The notes under the pieces: generated by a model
What the model was told of the DNA's origin: nothing
What the model saw: only the letters and a program-made list of their open reading frames with translations
The model's database searches: none
Origin: Mytilus edulis
Lineage: Eukaryota
DNA: 64,000 bases
NCBI RefSeq assembly: GCF_963676685.1
Contig: NC_092354.1
Coordinates: 21,576,001 to 21,640,000 of the forward strand
Direction of reading: 5' to 3'
Made by a program: the position numbers and the translations under genes
Part shown: positions 60,371-64,000 of the stretch, one piece after another
Numbering within the stretch: position 1 is the first letter of the stretch
Layout: every line of letters starts with the position of its first letter

Positions 60371-61783
60371 TAGATACGAACTAACAGTAATTTAACATAC
60401 TTAAAGGGAGCAAGTTCTTTTATAAGTGGGGCGAGTTGGCAGACCTTTATTCAGTTGGGTTTAAACCTTTTTCGTTTAAAAGTGAGTTGTCAGACTGATT
60501 GTTTTCAATTTGATTTTACACTTTTCAAAAAGTGGGACGAGTCGGTAAACAAGAGTGGGGCGATTTTTTTATAAAGTGGCGATCAGTGTGGGCCGATTGG
60601 AAAGTGGGCGAGTTGACATTGTTTGATATTTACTCGTGTTAGACATAGGGAGGCGGGGCTTATTTCAAAACACGGTTGGTAGAGGAGTTACGACTTGGGC
60701 ACTATTTGACTATTTCCATGTATTCGAAGTTCTGTTAAATGTTGTTATACCAAGGTTCTTGATATTTAATTATTATTGTTGACATTAGGTTTCTTTGGGC
60801 AGACTAATGGAAGTAGGTTCTTAAAATTGAACACTTGAACCCTTTGATATAAAAATAAGAAGATGTGGCATGATTGCAAATGAGACAACTCTTGCCTTAA
60901 TTCAACAAATAAAGATAATCGATAAGATAAATTCGTTACATACTGTGCTCTCACCCAATATGGAATTAACTGACCCTGTATATATCTTATTATGTCAATT
61001 TCACACCATGCAACTAATTATAACTCGAAAGTAATTTATCCAAAGTTTAGTAATATTAAGAACTGATATCGAACGTTTTAGCTTTACAAACATTTAATTA
61101 TTAGTACGCACAGAAGCATTTGATCTTGTTATCCATTGTAAATACAAATTGATCTCCCTATTAAGAGAGAAACTACAAATGGGATTTTTAATTAAAGGGT
61201 GAAATACGGGATTTAATAAATAGACGAATGGAGAAAGAATGTATAGCAGGAGATGATTATTTTGCTTGAAATTTATTTATAGATTATAACATTCCATTTT
61301 CCATAATGGCCTCGGTATCATCTAGAGACTTTAAACCAGTCTTAAGCTTTAGCTGAGGACCGATATATGTCAGGGGATGATACCAGGGCTAATATGGAAA
61401 AGACATTTTATAATATATTTGTCACATAATTAAGTTTTGCAGAAAAGAGAAAGAACATTCAATCAATGTTAATCTGATTAACAACAAAAGGAAAAATAAA
61501 TCGCATTTTCCCAAAAAAAAAATCATTTAGCTTACACATTTATTGTATCATTATCCCTTATTTTTACTATGGTAATACACCAAAGCAATGCTTTGACTTA
61601 ACTGAGTCTAAATCGAAAATATAGTTAGTTGCACATTGTTACTAGTAGCTATTGTAGCTAATCCTAATTAAATTTCAATACAAACACCGTCATTATTCAT
61701 CACTGTCGTTAAAAACACAATGATGTCACGTAATTTGGAATCAGGATAAAATAACCAATAACGGTTTATTCTCCGGGCAGCTA

Positions 61784-62236
61784 TAGGGGTAAATTCAGTA
61801 AATAAATATACGTCATCAGGGACCGCCCATTTAGGGGAGAGCTTTCTGTATAACACTGAAGTCATATGCTCTTCTGATTGGTAGATAATGTTTGTAATAA
61901 ATATTTTTTGGCAGATGGATCAAAACTAGAGTTGAAAAAAAATAAAAAATAAATGCTGAATGTACTAATTTTTTTTACTACAGGGTTGAAAAGTAATGGG
62001 GGTCAGTTTAGGAATTCTGTGCGAATCTACATTGTTTGTAAACAAGGCCATGTGAGTGCCCAAAAATGCCGCATGACCCTATGTTTTTATTAGTGCAAAA
62101 GATAGGGCTACATTTGTACTTTCATGAATGTTATATGAAAGTTTCCAATTTCTAAAGGTAAATCAGGTATAAATTTAATTTCATACATAGATTAGCATTA
62201 AAGTCAATGGGAGATTTTTTACTGAATTTACCCCTA
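61784..62236. mobile_element. 453-bp MITE (TIR TAGGGGTAAATTCAGTAAA, TA TSD)
   Basis: TIRs; near-identical copy at 63514-63966. Confidence 0.9.
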
Positions 62237-63513
62237 TAGGAAAATATGCACTCTTTCACTGTACTTGTCCAAGGCCACACAATAATCCACAAACTCATTT
62301 CCTGTAAATATTAATGTAATGGAAGGATTTTGGAACCATTTGAAGTTGTTTATTACACAAATTTCTATCTTAGCCGCGGCTATTCAGGGTGTCTAATCCA
62401 TTTGTTTTGAACAATAAAATATGTTTAAACTGAGTGTACTGTGAGAGGAAGCATGGGGTATATGTTAAAAATCAGTTTTTGTGTGCAGATTGAACGAAAC
62501 AATAGAAATGACACTTTAGAGTTATGATATCAATGAAAGGCACAAATATCCTCCCCATTTACATCACATTTTGCACATATTTCTCCTCATAATATATATA
62601 TAAAATCATATGAAAAATGGATTACCTCCCTTTGACATAGTGATTTTTTTTTAGCTGTGTTCCCCATGTTAAGTTGTAGAACAAGTGGTAAATAAGCACT
62701 TTTCTAGTATTTTAACACTCAAATAATCTGACCGCATGAAGATATTCATTTATTTTCACATAACGCATTGCGATTCTTTATTTAAAAACTATACTAGACA
62801 ACTTTTCATGATTACATGTCCTTCATCTAGGAAACTAGTGTTGAAATGTTTGTAATTGGATTTTTTTGTTAAATAATTGCTTTTAAATATTCTAAATTGT
62901 TACTTTAATCTTCCAAATACAAAGTTTGGTTATATTTAGACTTATTTATTCATATTTGGCACTTTTTTCTACTTCAGTTTTGGCTGTCTAGTTTTGGCGA
63001 AGAATCCATCCTGATGTTGGGGTAACAGGAATTTCTGCAGAGTGATTGTCAATGACATTTTGTGAACTTTACAAGTAATTAAAACACAGATTTAGTATAA
63101 TGAAACATAATTGTTGTTTTATTTGGTATCAAACTGCTTAAAAAAGCCTTTAAAAAGTCCTTTTGTGCTCTTTTCAGGGTATTTAATCAAAAACTTCCAT
63201 ATAAGGAAAAATTTAACTAAGAGTACACCAAGTCTTTAGTTTCTAGGTGTACTTGCAATACTGGTCAAAGCAAACACAGAAAACAATTCATATTTATTAA
63301 ACATAGTATTTTACACCATTCTTTTAAAAACAGTCAATGTGCAACTTTATATACAAAATATACATTGGCCGCAGTATGGGCTGTAGTATAAATTTTGCTC
63401 TATCTTTACAAACTCGGCATTTATGAATGTTGTATTGAAACTGGAACTTGAAAATTGGATACCTTACATGTTTATTACAAAAAAAGTAAGAAAAGAAGTA
63501 AAAAAGTCCCTTA

Positions 63514-63966
63514 TAGGGGTAAATTCAGTAAATAAATATACGTCATCAGGGACCGCCCATTTAGGGGAGAGCTTTCTGTATAACACTGAAGTCATATGCT
63601 CTTCTGATTGGTAGATAATGTTTGTAATAAATATTTTTTGGCAGATGGATCAAAACTAGAGTTGAAAAAAAATAAAAAATAAATGCTGAATGTACTAAAT
63701 TTTTTTACTACAGGGTTGAAAAGTAATGGGGGTCAGTTTAGGAATTCTGTGCGAATCTACATTGTTTGTAAACAAGGCCATGTGAGTGCCCAAAAATGCC
63801 GCATGACCCTATGTTTTTATTAGTGCAAAAGATAGGGCTACATTTGTACTTTCATGAATGTTATATGAAAGTTTCCAATTTCTAAAGGTAAATCAGGTAT
63901 AAATTTAATTTCATACATAGATTAGCATTAAAGTCAATGGGAGATTTTTTACTGAATTTACCCCAA
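63514..63966. mobile_element. 453-bp MITE, second copy
   Basis: Near-identical to 61784-62236, same orientation. Confidence 0.9.
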
Positions 63967-64000
63967 TAGGTGTCAGACCACCAATTAAAAATCCCTATCT

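Noticed and set aside
62966-63040. Possible minus-strand terminal exon (KFLLPQHQDGFFAKTRQPKLK*) followed by AATAAA
   Set aside because: Too short, with no recognisable homology and no supporting upstream exons in the window.

Overview
AT-rich, repeat-dense, intron-containing animal DNA. The repeat content resembles a bivalve such as Mytilus; this is an inference. Host genes: (1) a minus-strand 213-aa orphan ORF ending in two PPxY motifs (8715-9356). (2) An 11-coding-exon plus-strand gene (19798-39783, about 523 aa), assembled here by hand, encoding signal peptide, two 12-Cys Ly6/uPAR-like (three-finger) domains, a Thr-rich mucin stalk and a MAM domain. Both Cys-rich domains carry Gly-Lys-Arg processing sites in the same loop. 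Domain 1 has a doubled TLPPSII-GKR-Q motif whose two copies differ only at synonymous sites, so a prohormone-like amidated peptide appears to sit inside a three-finger fold. (3) A tandem birth-and-death cluster of intronless genes and pseudogenes for ~100-aa secreted PAN/apple-domain proteins (42.4-58.5 kb). Mobile DNA: a young 5'-truncated CR1/L2-type LINE, older LINE relics, a Penelope-like RT fragment followed by a well-formed SECIS hairpin, hammerhead-ribozyme (retrozyme-like) repeats, many MITE families, tiny palindromic insertions with target-site duplications, and minisatellites. There is one 210-nt assembly gap.
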